A stretch of 64,000 nucleotides of DNA from Hyphomicrobium sp. Its GTDB lineage: Bacteria; Pseudomonadota; Alphaproteobacteria; Rhizobiales; Hyphomicrobiaceae. The notes under the pieces are model-generated. The model did no database searches. It was given only the letters and a program-made list of their open reading frames with translations, and had not been told where the DNA came from. The position numbers were made by a program, and so were the translations under genes. The stretch is taken from assembly GCA_016716675.1 (NCBI GenBank), contig JADJVG010000008.1, forward strand, positions 123,134-187,133, written 5' to 3'. Below, piece by piece: positions 30,724 through 41,480 of the stretch (positions are counted from its first letter, which is position 1; each line of letters opens with the position of its first letter).

Positions 30724-33700
30724 CGGGGACTCCGAAGTTCGTTGTTCGCGCCTTCGCCAGTGAGGCCAAAGCGGCGGAAGAGAATGGGTAGCAGCACGAG
30801 AGTCAGCGCGGTCGAGGTGACGAGCCCGCCGATGACCACGATCGCAAGGGGGCGCTGGATCTCAGAGCCTGGTCCGTTTGCGAACAGCAGCGGCACGAGA
30901 CCGAAAGCGGCGATACTTGCGGTCATCATGACGGGCCGCAGGCGCCGAACCGCGCCTTCAAATACGACCTGTTCAATCGGCATGCCCGTCGCAGACAGCT
31001 GATTAAAGTGACTGACAAGTACGAGACCATTCAAAACGGCGATGCCGAGGAGCGCGATGAACCCGACGGAGGCCGGGACAGACAGATATTCGCCCGCGAT
31101 CCACAGCGAGAGCACCCCGCCCACGAGTGCAAAGGGCACGTTGGCGAGAATGAGCAGCGACTGCCGCATCGATCGTAAGGTTGCAAAGAGTACGCCGAAG
31201 ATGAGCAGCACGGCGACGGGTACGACGATCGAAAGTCGCGTGGCCGCCCGGCGCTGGTTCTCGAACTGCCCGCCCCAAACGAGCCGATAGCCCATCGGCA
31301 TCGGGACCGCTTCTGCGACAGCTCGCTGTGCATCTTCTACAAAGCCGACAAGGTCGCGCCCTGTCACATAGGCTTGCACGATGGCAAAGCGTGAAGCGTC
31401 CTGGCGCTCGATCTTGACCGGTCCGCTAACGCGCAGAAGCTTGGCGATGTCGCCCGCGCGGACGACGCCGCCATCTCCCGCCGCGATCTGCGTCGAGACG
31501 AATGCCGCAGGGTCCTCGCGCACGCCCAAAGCGCCGCGCACGACGATCTCGGTGCGCCGGCCGGGCTCTGCTACCAGGCCAGCTGAAGCCCCTTCGAGCA
31601 ATGCCCGCAACTCTTCTTCCACACGCGTCACGCTCAAGCCGGTGCGGCCCGCAGAAAGGCGGTCGAGGTCGATCTGAAGGTATTCGACGCTGTCGTTGGC
31701 AACGGTCGAGACCTCGGCTGCGCCTTCGACCTTTTGCAGTACGCCCTGGATCTTGCCGGCAAGGCTCGATAGCTCGGCAAGATCAGGACCAAAAATTTTG
31801 ATTGCAAGATCGCCCCGCGCTCCGGTCAGCATTTCTGCGGTACGCATCTCGATCGGTTGCGTGAACGCAAACTCGACACCCGGCATTTCGGACATGGCAG
31901 CGCGCAATTGCTCGATCAGCCAGTCCTTGTCATGAACACGCCATTCGGTCTTCGGCTTTAAAACCAGAAACGCGTCGGTCTCGTTGAGCCCCATGGGATC
32001 GAGGCCAAGCTCGTCGGAGCCGACGCGGGCGACAATGCGCTCGACCTCGGGCACCTTTTCCTTGAGCAACCTCTGGATCAGGAGATCACCTTCGATGCTG
32101 GCTTTGAGGTTGATCGAAGGCAGCTTCGTCGTCTGCATGATGACGGCGCCCTCGTCCATGGTCGGCATGAACGACTTGCCGACGGCACCATAGGCGAAGA
32201 ACACGGCAACTATGCCGCCGGCCGCCGTCAAGTAAGCGGGAAGCGGAAATGCCAAGCAGGCCTTGAGCAGTCCCTTGTAGCCGCGCGTCAGAATACGCAT
32301 CAGGATGGGCTCGTGGTGCTGGCCGGTGCGCAGCACATAGGACGAGAGCACCGGAATGAGCGTGAGGGACAGCAGAAGCGATCCGCTCAATGCGAAAATG
32401 ATCGTCAGAGCAACTGGAGAGAACAGCTTGCCTTCAAGTCCTTGCAGCGAAAGAAGAGGCAGGAAGACGAGGCAGATGATTAAAATGCCTGACGCGACGG
32501 GTACGGCGACCTCGCTCGCGGACCGGTAGATCTGATGCAGCAGCGGGACATGGCTATCCGAGCCGTGCTGCAGACGCTCGACGGTATTTTCAACCACCAC
32601 GACGGCAGCATCAACGATGAGGCCGATGGCAATCGCAAGGCCGCCGAGCGACATGAGGTTTGCCGACATCCCGAATGCCTTCATCATCACGAAGGTCATG
32701 AGCGCAGCAAATGGCAGCGTCACCGCGACAACAATGGCCGCGCGTAAATTCCCAAGAAACGCCAGCAACAGAATGACGACCAGCACCGTTGCCTCCATCA
32801 GCGCTTTGCTAACGGTGCCGACGGCCTTCTCGATCAATTCAGAGCGGTCATAAAACGCATTGAGCGATACGCCCGGAGGCAAAGCTGGCTTGAGTTCCAC
32901 TAGCCGCTCACGGACCTTGGCGACGATTGCACTTGCATCCGCTCCGCGCAGAGAAAGAACCAGACCTTGCACAGCCTCACCCTCTGCGTCCTTGGTTACT
33001 GCGCCGTAACGTGTGAGGCTTCCGATACGGACAGTGGCCACATCACCAAGGCGCAGCACGAGGCCATCTGCATTTTTCAGAACGATCTGCTCGAGATCCG
33101 CAGGCCTCTGAACAGCGCCCGCCGCACGCACAACGAGCGCCTTCTCTCCTTCACTCAAGCGGCCCGCGCCGTCGTTGCGATTGCCCTCGCCGATGGCTTG
33201 GAGAATGTCTTCCACACCCAGCCGCGCATTCGCGAGCGCCGAGCTGTCCGGCACCACTTCGAAAGTGCGCACCATACCGCCGAGCGAGTTGACATCTGCA
33301 ACGCCAGGGATCGTGCGCAATGCGGGACGTATGGTCCAGTCGAGCAGGCTGCGCCGTTCCTCGAGCGTCAGATCGCCGCCATCGATCGTGAACATGTACA
33401 CGTCGGAAAGCGGCGTCGACACGGGCGCGAGGCCACCTGATATGTTCGACGGCAGTTGATCTCGTACGCCTGCGAGGCGCTCCGCCACCTGCTGGCGCGC
33501 CCAATAGATGTCGGTGCCATCCTCGAAGTCGAGCGTGATGTCGGCAATGGCATATTTGGCGGCTGACCTCAGGATCGTCTGGTGCGGAATGCCAAGCAGT
33601 TCCATCTCGATCGGCGTTATGACGCGCGTTTCAACCTCTTCAGGTGTCATACCGGGCGCCTTCAGGATCATCTTCACCTGGACAGGCGAGATGTTCGGGA

Positions 33701-33815
33701 AGGCATCGATCGGAATGGTCTTGAATGCCCAGCCGCCGGCCACGGCGATGATCGCCGCAAGCAGCAGCGTGAACATGCGCTGCGTCAATGAAAATGAAAT
33801 GAGCCGCTCAAGCAT
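30654..33815 (-). CDS. CusA/CzcA family heavy-metal efflux RND transporter
   Basis: IDAFPNISPVQV, SLGGLAIAIGLIVDAAVVVVEN, RRLRPVMMTA, QRPLAIVVIGGL. Confidence 0.95.
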   Translation of the reverse strand: MLERLISFSLTQRMFTLLLAAIIAVAGGWAFKTIPIDAFPNISPVQVKMILKAPGMTPEEVETRVITPIEMELLGIPHQTILRSAAKYAIADITLDFEDGTDIYWARQQVAERLAGVRDQLPSNISGGLAPVSTPLSDVYMFTIDGGDLTLEERRSLLDWTIRPALRTIPGVADVNSLGGMVRTFEVVPDSSALANARLGVEDILQAIGEGNRNDGAGRLSEGEKALVVRAAGAVQRPADLEQIVLKNADGLVLRLGDVATVRIGSLTRYGAVTKDAEGEAVQGLVLSLRGADASAIVAKVRERLVELKPALPPGVSLNAFYDRSELIEKAVGTVSKALMEATVLVVILLLAFLGNLRAAIVVAVTLPFAALMTFVMMKAFGMSANLMSLGGLAIAIGLIVDAAVVVVENTVERLQHGSDSHVPLLHQIYRSASEVAVPVASGILIICLVFLPLLSLQGLEGKLFSPVALTIIFALSGSLLLSLTLIPVLSSYVLRTGQHHEPILMRILTRGYKGLLKACLAFPLPAYLTAAGGIVAVFFAYGAVGKSFMPTMDEGAVIMQTTKLPSINLKASIEGDLLIQRLLKEKVPEVERIVARVGSDELGLDPMGLNETDAFLVLKPKTEWRVHDKDWLIEQLRAAMSEMPGVEFAFTQPIEMRTAEMLTGARGDLAIKIFGPDLAELSSLAGKIQGVLQKVEGAAEVSTVANDSVEYLQIDLDRLSAGRTGLSVTRVEEELRALLEGASAGLVAEPGRRTEIVVRGALGVREDPAAFVSTQIAAGDGGVVRAGDIAKLLRVSGPVKIERQDASRFAIVQAYVTGRDLVGFVEDAQRAVAEAVPMPMGYRLVWGGQFENQRRAATRLSIVVPVAVLLIFGVLFATLRSMRQSLLILANVPFALVGGVLSLWIAGEYLSVPASVGFIALLGIAVLNGLVLVSHFNQLSATGMPIEQVVFEGAVRRLRPVMMTASIAAFGLVPLLFANGPGSEIQRPLAIVVIGGLVTSTALTLVLLPILFRRFGLTGEGANNELRSPRWINPFASSRSSTPQALQTTSSN

Positions 33816-33820
33816 GAAAC

Positions 33821-34888
33821 TTACTCGACGCCCAGCATTTGCTCGAGTTGCGGGATGCCGGAGGCTGCAATCTCGGCCCCGGCAGGAATAGCCCCGAGAA
33901 CCGTGGCCGATACCTGAGAGCGGCCGGCGACTTCAACGGGGACGAGCGTGAAGCCAGTCTTGCTGCGCAGAAATACACTCTCGACGTTATTGATACGCGC
34001 GATCGCCGAGGATGGCACAGAGAGCGAGCCGGTCTCGGCCTTCTGCATGACACTGAGTGTCACCATCTGTCCTGCAAGAAGTCCGCTGTCGGCAGGAATG
34101 CTGGCGACCAACTTCGCGGACCTCGTCAACTTGTCGAGTGTGCCGCCGACCGAGATGACCTTGCCCTCTGGCCCATTCGAAATCTGGACGCGGTCTCCAG
34201 GAGCCACGCGCGAGACCAGATGAACGGGAAGTTGCGCCTCGACCCACAACTCATCGTTGGTATCGCTCGTGACGGCCGGCGCCATGGCATCGACCTTGTC
34301 ACCCGGCAGCACGCTCGTCTCCACGATGCGGCCAGCGGCGGGAGCCTGAATGGTATATGTGCCGGCAGTGGTGCTTGCTGTGCCGGCAAGCTCCAGCATG
34401 CGCTTGTGCTGCGTGATGACGGCCTTGACCTTGTTGACCTGCGCTTCCGATTCCTCGGCCAACATGGGGCTCTGAATGTTCTTGTCGGCGAGGAAGCGGC
34501 GGCGGTGCGCCATGGCCTCGGCGGACTGCAACTCGGCTTCGGCCTGAGCCAGGGCCGAGGCGGCCTCGATCAGCTCGCGGCTCGAGACCGTTGCGAGCTG
34601 GTCTCCTTTTTTGACGCTCTGACCGGGGAGCACCTGGACTTGGGTTATGGTGCCGCCGAAGGGAGCCGCAGCGACAATGCGAGCCTTGAGCGCGGGAATG
34701 ACGGTCCCAGGCAGTAAGGCTGCGCTCTGCTCAGTTGTGGTCGTCACCGCATGGATCTTGATGTCCATGCGCTCGATCTGAGCCGGCGTCAGCGATAGGT
34801 CACGCACCGGCTCCGGCGGTCGATCTGCGGCGCAAGCGCTGGCCGCAGTCAAAAATCCCGCGCCCAAAACGATCCACGACCTCAGCAT
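33821..34888 (-). CDS. RND efflux periplasmic adaptor (membrane fusion protein)
   Basis: Lipoyl/helical-hairpin MFP architecture (VLPGQSVKKGDQL, IQAPAAGRI); directly upstream of the RND pump. Confidence 0.88.
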   Translation of the reverse strand: MLRSWIVLGAGFLTAASACAADRPPEPVRDLSLTPAQIERMDIKIHAVTTTTEQSAALLPGTVIPALKARIVAAAPFGGTITQVQVLPGQSVKKGDQLATVSSRELIEAASALAQAEAELQSAEAMAHRRRFLADKNIQSPMLAEESEAQVNKVKAVITQHKRMLELAGTASTTAGTYTIQAPAAGRIVETSVLPGDKVDAMAPAVTSDTNDELWVEAQLPVHLVSRVAPGDRVQISNGPEGKVISVGGTLDKLTRSAKLVASIPADSGLLAGQMVTLSVMQKAETGSLSVPSSAIARINNVESVFLRSKTGFTLVPVEVAGRSQVSATVLGAIPAGAEIAASGIPQLEQMLGVE

Positions 34889-35044
34889 AGTTCACCTCGC
34901 CAGCCAAAATGACCAAGCGGGATTTGTACGGCGAACCTGAAACCAACCTGACACCAGGCTGCGCGCCAGCTGAACGAGCGACTTTTCAGTCGGATTTCAG
35001 GTCTGTTGTGGTATCAGTCGGGCAATCAATTTCGGGAGCTGGCC

Positions 35045-35698
35045 ATTCGCATTCTGCTAGTCGAGGACGACATGGAAATCGCCACGCGGTTGGCAGATGG
35101 GCTGGCGCGCCTGGGCTTTGCCGTGGAGCGGGCCGACAACGGCGCTGATGGCTATGCGATGGGCACCGATGATTTCTATGACGCCGCTATTCTCGATCTC
35201 GGGCTGCCGCAGATGCCCGGTGTCGAGGTGCTGAAAAAGTGGCGTGCCAGCGGCGTGAAAATGCCGGTCCTGATCCTCACGGCACGGGGCTCCTGGCCCG
35301 AGAAGGTCGATGGCCTGAATGCGGGCGCTGATGATTACATAACCAAGCCCTTTCACGTGCCCGAGGTTGCAGCACGCCTGAATGCGCTGATCCGTCGCTC
35401 GGCGGGTCTGGCGAGTTCGGCGATGTCACACAAGGGCATCACGCTCGACGTGGGCGCAGGCAAGGTGGAGGTCGAAGGGCGCCCTGCCGACCTAACCGCC
35501 AAAGAAATTCGGATGTTGAATTACTTCATGCACCGTATCGGCCGTATCGTCTCGCAGGCTGAATTGACGGAACACCTCTACACTGCTGACGAGAGCCGGG
35601 AATCCAACACCATAGAAGTTTACATAAGCCGTCTGCGCCGCAAGCTCGGCGCGGATGTGATCAAGACAATCCGCGGCCTTGGCTACAGGATGGATTGA
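35045..35698 (+). CDS. OmpR-family response regulator
   Basis: RILLVEDD, LDLGLP, GADDYITKPF, NTIEVYISRLRRKL, TIRGLGY. The codon at the expected Met position is ATT, with GGGAG 6 nt upstream. Confidence 0.92.
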   Translation: MRILLVEDDMEIATRLADGLARLGFAVERADNGADGYAMGTDDFYDAAILDLGLPQMPGVEVLKKWRASGVKMPVLILTARGSWPEKVDGLNAGADDYITKPFHVPEVAARLNALIRRSAGLASSAMSHKGITLDVGAGKVEVEGRPADLTAKEIRMLNYFMHRIGRIVSQAELTEHLYTADESRESNTIEVYISRLRRKLGADVIKTIRGLGYRMD

Positions 35699-37071
35699 GC
35701 GTGATTGAGCAACCCGCCAGCTTGAAGAATCGGCTCATCGCGGCAGGAACCGCATGGATTGCGTTCGGCATGGTGGCAGCATGGCTCATCCTGTCGAACG
35801 TTTATCATGCGCACGTGACACAGCAGTTCTACGAGGAGCTGTTCGTGCATCTCGATGAGCTTCAGCGCCTCGCGCAGGTCGAAGACGGACGCGCGGTCTT
35901 GCGCGCGCCCTTGAGCGATCCGCGCTACGATGTCGAGAACTCGGGATATTACTGGGAGATCCAGCAGCGCGACGCGGTACTGGCGCGCTCGACCTCACTC
36001 AAGGCCGCTGCGTTGCGCACCCCGATGGGTGATCGCGCCGACATCGGCGTTCACACACACACAATTGAAGGTCCGACCGGCACGCTGCTCGTCGCTGAAA
36101 AGCTGGATTGGAAAGATCCGAGTAGGCCACCCATCCAATTCATTATCGGAACGGACAAGCGCCACCTCGACGCGATCGTTCAGAGTTTCAACCATACACT
36201 GTCGTGGGCCCTTACCGGGCTCGGGCTGTCGCTGGTACTCGCGGCGACGCTCCTCATTCTCTACGCCATGCGTCCCCTGTCAGACGTGCACGCCGCGCTA
36301 CACGACGTGCGGTCCGGAAAGTCGATGAAGCTGACGGGTAAGCATCCCGCCGAGGTGCAACCACTCATCGATAGTCTGAACACATTGCTTGTTGCGACGA
36401 ACGAACTTGTTCAGCGGGCCCGCACCCAGGCTGGCAACATCGCACACGGTCTCAAGACGCCGCTCGCCATTCTGACCGACGAGGCCTACCGCCTGCAGCA
36501 GCAAGGGCAAGGAACGAGCGCCGCAACAATTCTCGACCAGTGTCGGCGGATGCAAACTCAAATTGACTACCAGACCGCTCGCGCGCGCATCGTCGCCAAC
36601 CGGCTTTCGCCAAGCGCTACCGCAGACCTGAAAGAGGCAGCGGTTGATATCGTTGGCGCCGTATCGAGGCTCTACAAGCATAAAGGGATAGAGTTCCAGC
36701 TTGCAGTGACAGACGGCTTGAAGGTGGCCTGTGACAAGCAGGATCTGCAGGAACTGCTCGGTAACCTCGTGGACAATGCCGGAAAGCACGCCAACTCACG
36801 CGTCGCGGTAACGGCAAAGCCAACAGAAGACGGAGCGATCGCGATTGATATCGCCGACGACGGCCCAGGGCTGCCACCGGAAGCATACGAGGTCGTTTTT
36901 AATGTTGGCGAACGTTGGGACACGCAGGAACAAGGTACCGGACTTGGCCTTGCCATCGCGCGCGATTTGGCAACGCTGTATGGTGGTACCATCAAGCTGG
37001 GCACATCGACACTCGGAGGACTATTGGCATCCCTCCGTCTTCCAGATGCAAACCGCAGACTTGCAAGCTGA
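35695..37071 (+). CDS. Sensor histidine kinase
   Basis: Two TM helices, HAMP, H-box AHGLKTPL, N-box GNLVDNAGK, DDGPG and GTGLGLAI. Confidence 0.94.
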   Translation: MSVIEQPASLKNRLIAAGTAWIAFGMVAAWLILSNVYHAHVTQQFYEELFVHLDELQRLAQVEDGRAVLRAPLSDPRYDVENSGYYWEIQQRDAVLARSTSLKAAALRTPMGDRADIGVHTHTIEGPTGTLLVAEKLDWKDPSRPPIQFIIGTDKRHLDAIVQSFNHTLSWALTGLGLSLVLAATLLILYAMRPLSDVHAALHDVRSGKSMKLTGKHPAEVQPLIDSLNTLLVATNELVQRARTQAGNIAHGLKTPLAILTDEAYRLQQQGQGTSAATILDQCRRMQTQIDYQTARARIVANRLSPSATADLKEAAVDIVGAVSRLYKHKGIEFQLAVTDGLKVACDKQDLQELLGNLVDNAGKHANSRVAVTAKPTEDGAIAIDIADDGPGLPPEAYEVVFNVGERWDTQEQGTGLGLAIARDLATLYGGTIKLGTSTLGGLLASLRLPDANRRLAS

Positions 37072-37438
37072 TCTTCAGTCTTCGTTACACGGGTTTGCTG
37101 GGCCGGGGGCTTCCGTCGCTGATGCCTGGTGCCATCGCCTACATAGCGGTGTAGTGACCATGGGTGCGGAAGCAACTCGATAGCATCGGGCGGACGAGCC
37201 GCAAATTCGACGATAACTTTCGTCCTCCGGGCAGTCGGCACTGCTGGCCAAGGCGTCAGCGATTGCGCTCTGGTGATGTGCCGCAAACCAAAGCGGAGTC
37301 TCACTAATAAAAGAAATCAAGGCTCGCCATTTGCTGAACGAATCACTTAGAGCTTGTAGATAACTTTTTCGTGTCTGAAGCTTTTCGGTCCGTTGCGTTG
37401 CGTTCAATTTTGGCAATGAAGCGGGCGGGGACTTCTGC

Positions 37439-39883
37439 ATGATTTTGTGTGGGCGGGGCGCAGGTAGCTGTGCGGATCAATCAACTCTGCCGCCGGCGCA
37501 GCCGAAAACATGGCGCGGCCTTGGTGCCGCCATATCGTCGGCGACGGTTGTGTCCGCCCTGGCGCTGCTGACGCCATCGAGCGCCTGGGCTGCCTGCACG
37601 TCGCCGAATACGACGTCCTGCACTGTTGATACTACGTTCAACAACAATGGGGTTTTCGACAACGGCGATGCCTTTAACCCGGGCACTGTCGCTATCCAGA
37701 GCGGCGGCGTGTTCAACAACGCCATCGGCAGCGGAACCTTCTATAATAGCGGCACCGTCACCATCCAGGGTGGCGGCGTATTTAATAATTCCAGCTCCTA
37801 TTGGAATAGCAACTATCGTAGCGGAACCGTCACCATCCTGGATGGTGGCACGTTCAACAACATTACCGAATTCATAAATGGCGGCGATATCGACGAAACC
37901 GGTGTCGTCACCATCCAGGATGGTGGCCTATTCAACAACGACGGTAATTTCTATAATGGCGGTGTCTATTATGGTAGCACTGGCATCGTCACCATCCAGA
38001 GCGGCGGCGTGTTTAACAGCGATGGCAATTTCTATAATGGCTCTTCCGGTGTTGGCTCATTTTATCATTTTTTTCACAGCACCTTCACTGGAAGTGTCAC
38101 GATCGAGAGCGACGCGGCATTCAACAACAACGGTGCTTTCTATAACGGCGGCACCAATGGCATAGGCACCGTCACCGTCCAAGATGGCGGCGTGTTCAAC
38201 AACGATGGCCAATTCGTGAATGGCCATCTCTCTGGTTATTTTTTCAACAGTAACACTCCCGGCACCGGCATCGTCTCGATTATGAGCGGCGGCACGTTCA
38301 ACAACAACGGTGCTTTCTATAATGGCGGTAACGGCAGCATCGGCACCGTTTCGATCGCGGACGGTGGCCTGTTCAATCACTTCGCCGGAAACAGCATTGG
38401 CAACGATAATGTCGCCAACGCAGTCACCTTCGCCAACAGCGGCACTTTCAATATCGGCTATGGCAATCCGGCGCTGGCAACCACCAACTACACCGGCACA
38501 TACACGCAATCGGCAACAGGCGCTCTGGCATTGCGCGCCGATTGGGCGGGCAATACGTCGGATAAGCTCGCCATCACCGGCACGGCAACGTTGGCGGGCA
38601 CTATCGTCGTTACGCCGCTGAATTTCCCCTCGACCGGCGGTCTCACCAAGACGTTCGCGGGCATCGTCACCGCAACGAACCCCATCATTGACAATGGCAT
38701 CGGCGTCACCGACACGGCGGCCGTCGATTATGAGCTTTTGAAGTCGGCCAACCAGATCGACCTCGTTGCCACCATCAACTTCCAGGGTATTGAAACGGGC
38801 GGGCTAACGCCGAACCAGAACAATGTCGGTGGGGCGGTTAACGGCATTTTTAACGGCGGCACATCGCTCGGCTTCATGCCTCCGCTGTTGACGCTTGCGT
38901 CCAACGGGGAACTGGGCGGGGCGCTCGACCAGCTGGCGCCGTCCGGCGCGGGCGCGGGCAACATTTCGACGCTGCAGGGAATAGGGCCATTCACCGGCCA
39001 ACTGCTGTCGTGCCGCACGCTCGGCGAGGGCGACGCTAACGCCATCATCCACGAGGGCCAGTGCGTGTGGGCGCGCGGCACCGTTCGCCAAGCCTCCATC
39101 GACAACGGCGGCCTCAGCTATGGCGCAGACGAAACCGCGCCGCTCTATTCTGCAGGCGCACAGCTCGACATCGGCGGCCCGTGGCGCCTCGGCGGCGGCA
39201 TCGGTTATGAAACGTCGCGGCTTGATTCCGACGCCGGCAGCCACACCGAAACGGACCGCCTGCATCTGGGTGCGGTGCTGAAATACAATCCCGGCCCGCT
39301 GCTGCTTGCAGCGACTGTCACCGGCGGCTTTGGCTGGTCGGACAGCGTGCGCAACGTCAACTTCGGCGGCTTCGCGGCCACCGCCACGTCCGATTACGAC
39401 TCCGACTACATCTCCGGCCGCTTCACGGCAGCTTATCTCGTGCCGTTCGGCGGGCTCTACTTGAAACCGCAGGTGGACTTTGGCTACGCCCACATCTCAC
39501 GCGATGGCTATCGCGAGCAAGGCACCGGCGGCATCGCGCTTGCCGTTGCCGGCAGCAATGACGGTGTGTGGTCGGCATCACCGATGCTTGAGATCGGCAC
39601 CGAGGTTGCTCTGGCCGGTGGCGGCGTGGCTCGTCCGTTCGTCAGAGGCGGCCTGACATGGCGCGACCAGGACGGCTTCATAACGAACGCCACGTTCCTG
39701 GATGCGCCAGGCTCGGCGGCGTTCTCTGTGACGAGCGAGATCGACAACGTGACTGCGGATATCGCGGCAGGTCTGGATCTCATCACGCCCTCCGACACGG
39801 CGCTGCGCCTGCAGTACGATGGCCAGTTCGGCGACACGATCGACCAGCACATCGGCTCGGCAAAGCTCAGCCTCAAGTATTGA
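37439..39883 (+). CDS. Autotransporter with Asn/Gly-rich beta-helix repeat passenger
   Basis: Signal-like AISSATVVSALALLTPSSAWA, about 9 GTVTIxxGGxFNN repeats, C-terminal barrel ending KLSLKY; start uncertain. Confidence 0.88.
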   Translation: MILCGRGAGSCADQSTLPPAQPKTWRGLGAAISSATVVSALALLTPSSAWAACTSPNTTSCTVDTTFNNNGVFDNGDAFNPGTVAIQSGGVFNNAIGSGTFYNSGTVTIQGGGVFNNSSSYWNSNYRSGTVTILDGGTFNNITEFINGGDIDETGVVTIQDGGLFNNDGNFYNGGVYYGSTGIVTIQSGGVFNSDGNFYNGSSGVGSFYHFFHSTFTGSVTIESDAAFNNNGAFYNGGTNGIGTVTVQDGGVFNNDGQFVNGHLSGYFFNSNTPGTGIVSIMSGGTFNNNGAFYNGGNGSIGTVSIADGGLFNHFAGNSIGNDNVANAVTFANSGTFNIGYGNPALATTNYTGTYTQSATGALALRADWAGNTSDKLAITGTATLAGTIVVTPLNFPSTGGLTKTFAGIVTATNPIIDNGIGVTDTAAVDYELLKSANQIDLVATINFQGIETGGLTPNQNNVGGAVNGIFNGGTSLGFMPPLLTLASNGELGGALDQLAPSGAGAGNISTLQGIGPFTGQLLSCRTLGEGDANAIIHEGQCVWARGTVRQASIDNGGLSYGADETAPLYSAGAQLDIGGPWRLGGGIGYETSRLDSDAGSHTETDRLHLGAVLKYNPGPLLLAATVTGGFGWSDSVRNVNFGGFAATATSDYDSDYISGRFTAAYLVPFGGLYLKPQVDFGYAHISRDGYREQGTGGIALAVAGSNDGVWSASPMLEIGTEVALAGGGVARPFVRGGLTWRDQDGFITNATFLDAPGSAAFSVTSEIDNVTADIAAGLDLITPSDTALRLQYDGQFGDTIDQHIGSAKLSLKY

Positions 39884-40289
39884 GCCGACGCGCGATGCCG
39901 GTGCATTTTCCGGCATCCACAGCGTGGCGTCGAGAGGCGTTGCACGCGCGATGGCGGCGAGAGTGCGCCAGATGTCTTTGCCGCGGTTCCTCGATCAACG
40001 GACAAGGCGTGAGCGGACAACGCGCGCTACGGCCTTGCTATCGTCAGCAAGAGTAGGCGCAAGAGCTGTCGCGGGCTTAACGGCCTTCGCGAAAGGCCGA
40101 GGGTTTGGATCGGTCTGCGTGACAATCGCGTGATGTCGCAGAAACCCTTCCACAACTGCGTCGTGACTGTCTAAGATTGTTATCGACTGATCCCGTGGCC
40201 GGCGCCGCTGTGCCCCGCTGCAACAAAGTCGTTTTGTAAAAGTCCTCATGGTGGCGTGGCCACTTGTGAGCCGTGATAGGAAGACACCA

Positions 40290-40901
40290 ATGAAACTGTA
40301 CTTCGCACCTGGAACATGCGCGCTGGCATGTTGGATTGCACTTGAATGGTCAGGTGCCGACTACGACGTCGAAAAGGTCGACCTGAGATCAGAGAGCTAT
40401 CGCAAAATCAATCCGCTTGGCACGGTTCCGGCGATCGACATTGGTGGACCGCGCCCGATGACGCAGGCCGGTGCGATCCTGTCTTACATCGCAGAACTCA
40501 ATAGCCAGAGCAATCTGGGTGCAGAGCCCGGCCTTGAAGCCCGTTTCGAATTCAATGAGACCATGAATTTCCTGACGGGTGATTTTCATCCCGCCTTCTG
40601 GCCCTATTTTGTGCCGCAACGCTTCACCACGAAAAGCGATGCTGAGAGCTTAGCGGCGGTGCGCACGGCCTCTCATGCGCGCGTCGAGCGCGTGCTGGAG
40701 CATGTCGATGGCCTCATCTGCAATACGGGTCATGTTTATCGCGGCAAGCGCAGCGTTGCCGACGCCTATACGTTCGTGATGGCGCAGTGGTCGGAGAAGT
40801 TTCCGAAGTCTTGGCGCGCCTATGGCAACCTCGCGCCCTTCATGGAGAAGATGTCGTCAGATCCTGCCGTGAAGAGGGTGCTCGAACGCTCCAAAGCCTG
40901 A
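40290..40901 (+). CDS. Glutathione S-transferase (beta/GstA-like)
   Basis: MKLYFAPGTCALA, INPLGTVPAI, TQAGAILSYI, SVADAYTF. Confidence 0.9.
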   Translation: MKLYFAPGTCALACWIALEWSGADYDVEKVDLRSESYRKINPLGTVPAIDIGGPRPMTQAGAILSYIAELNSQSNLGAEPGLEARFEFNETMNFLTGDFHPAFWPYFVPQRFTTKSDAESLAAVRTASHARVERVLEHVDGLICNTGHVYRGKRSVADAYTFVMAQWSEKFPKSWRAYGNLAPFMEKMSSDPAVKRVLERSKA

Positions 40902-41065
40902 CGGCGCCGGATCGGGTGACGCGCGGCCCGTGTTGGTGCACGTCGGGTCGCGAGAACCCTTGATCGCGCTCGGGATGTCCTCCCGCATCTGCGCGCATTG
41001 ACGCGATCTCTGTCTCGGTCGCAGGTGGCATGGATGTACGCGTGCACTGCCGCGCCGCCATGGAC

Positions 41066-41091
41066 GTCATTACCGCGAAGGCGGGAATCCA
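41066..41091 (+). repeat. REP-like palindrome
   Basis: GTCATTACCGCGAAGGCGGGAATCCA closely matches the widespread GTCATTCCCGCGAAGGCGGGAATCCA extragenic palindrome. Confidence 0.7.
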
Positions 41092-41480
41092 CGACAAGCC
41101 ACTGGGGGATGATGTGTTCGCGATGGGACCCGGCCTCGACACACACGCAAGATCGCTCGCTTTGATGCGCGTCGTGAGTGGCTTCCGCAGTTTGAATCCG
41201 ATATAGATCAGGGAAAGGCATGACGAGGTCCGCTGATGACCAGCGCTGCACCCTTTGATTGGGCGCAACGTACCTAGCCGAGTTCGCTGGGCTACGCTAC
41301 GGCGCGAGTGCAGTGCACGCCTTACTCGACATACATCACCGCGCTTTCCATATTCCGAACTACGTTATGTGCAAGGCGGAGGTATCGATACCACGTAGTC
41401 AAGAGAATGGCTCATTGGTTGCTCTCGCCGATCGCCGCCGATAGACTGTGTTGCTAGCAACAGTCATCCGGGATGTTTCT

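Noticed and set aside
40905-41440. Transposase or IS remnant between the GST and the Mo enzyme
   Set aside because: No transposase motif or terminal inverted repeats could be identified; only the REP-like palindrome is supportable.
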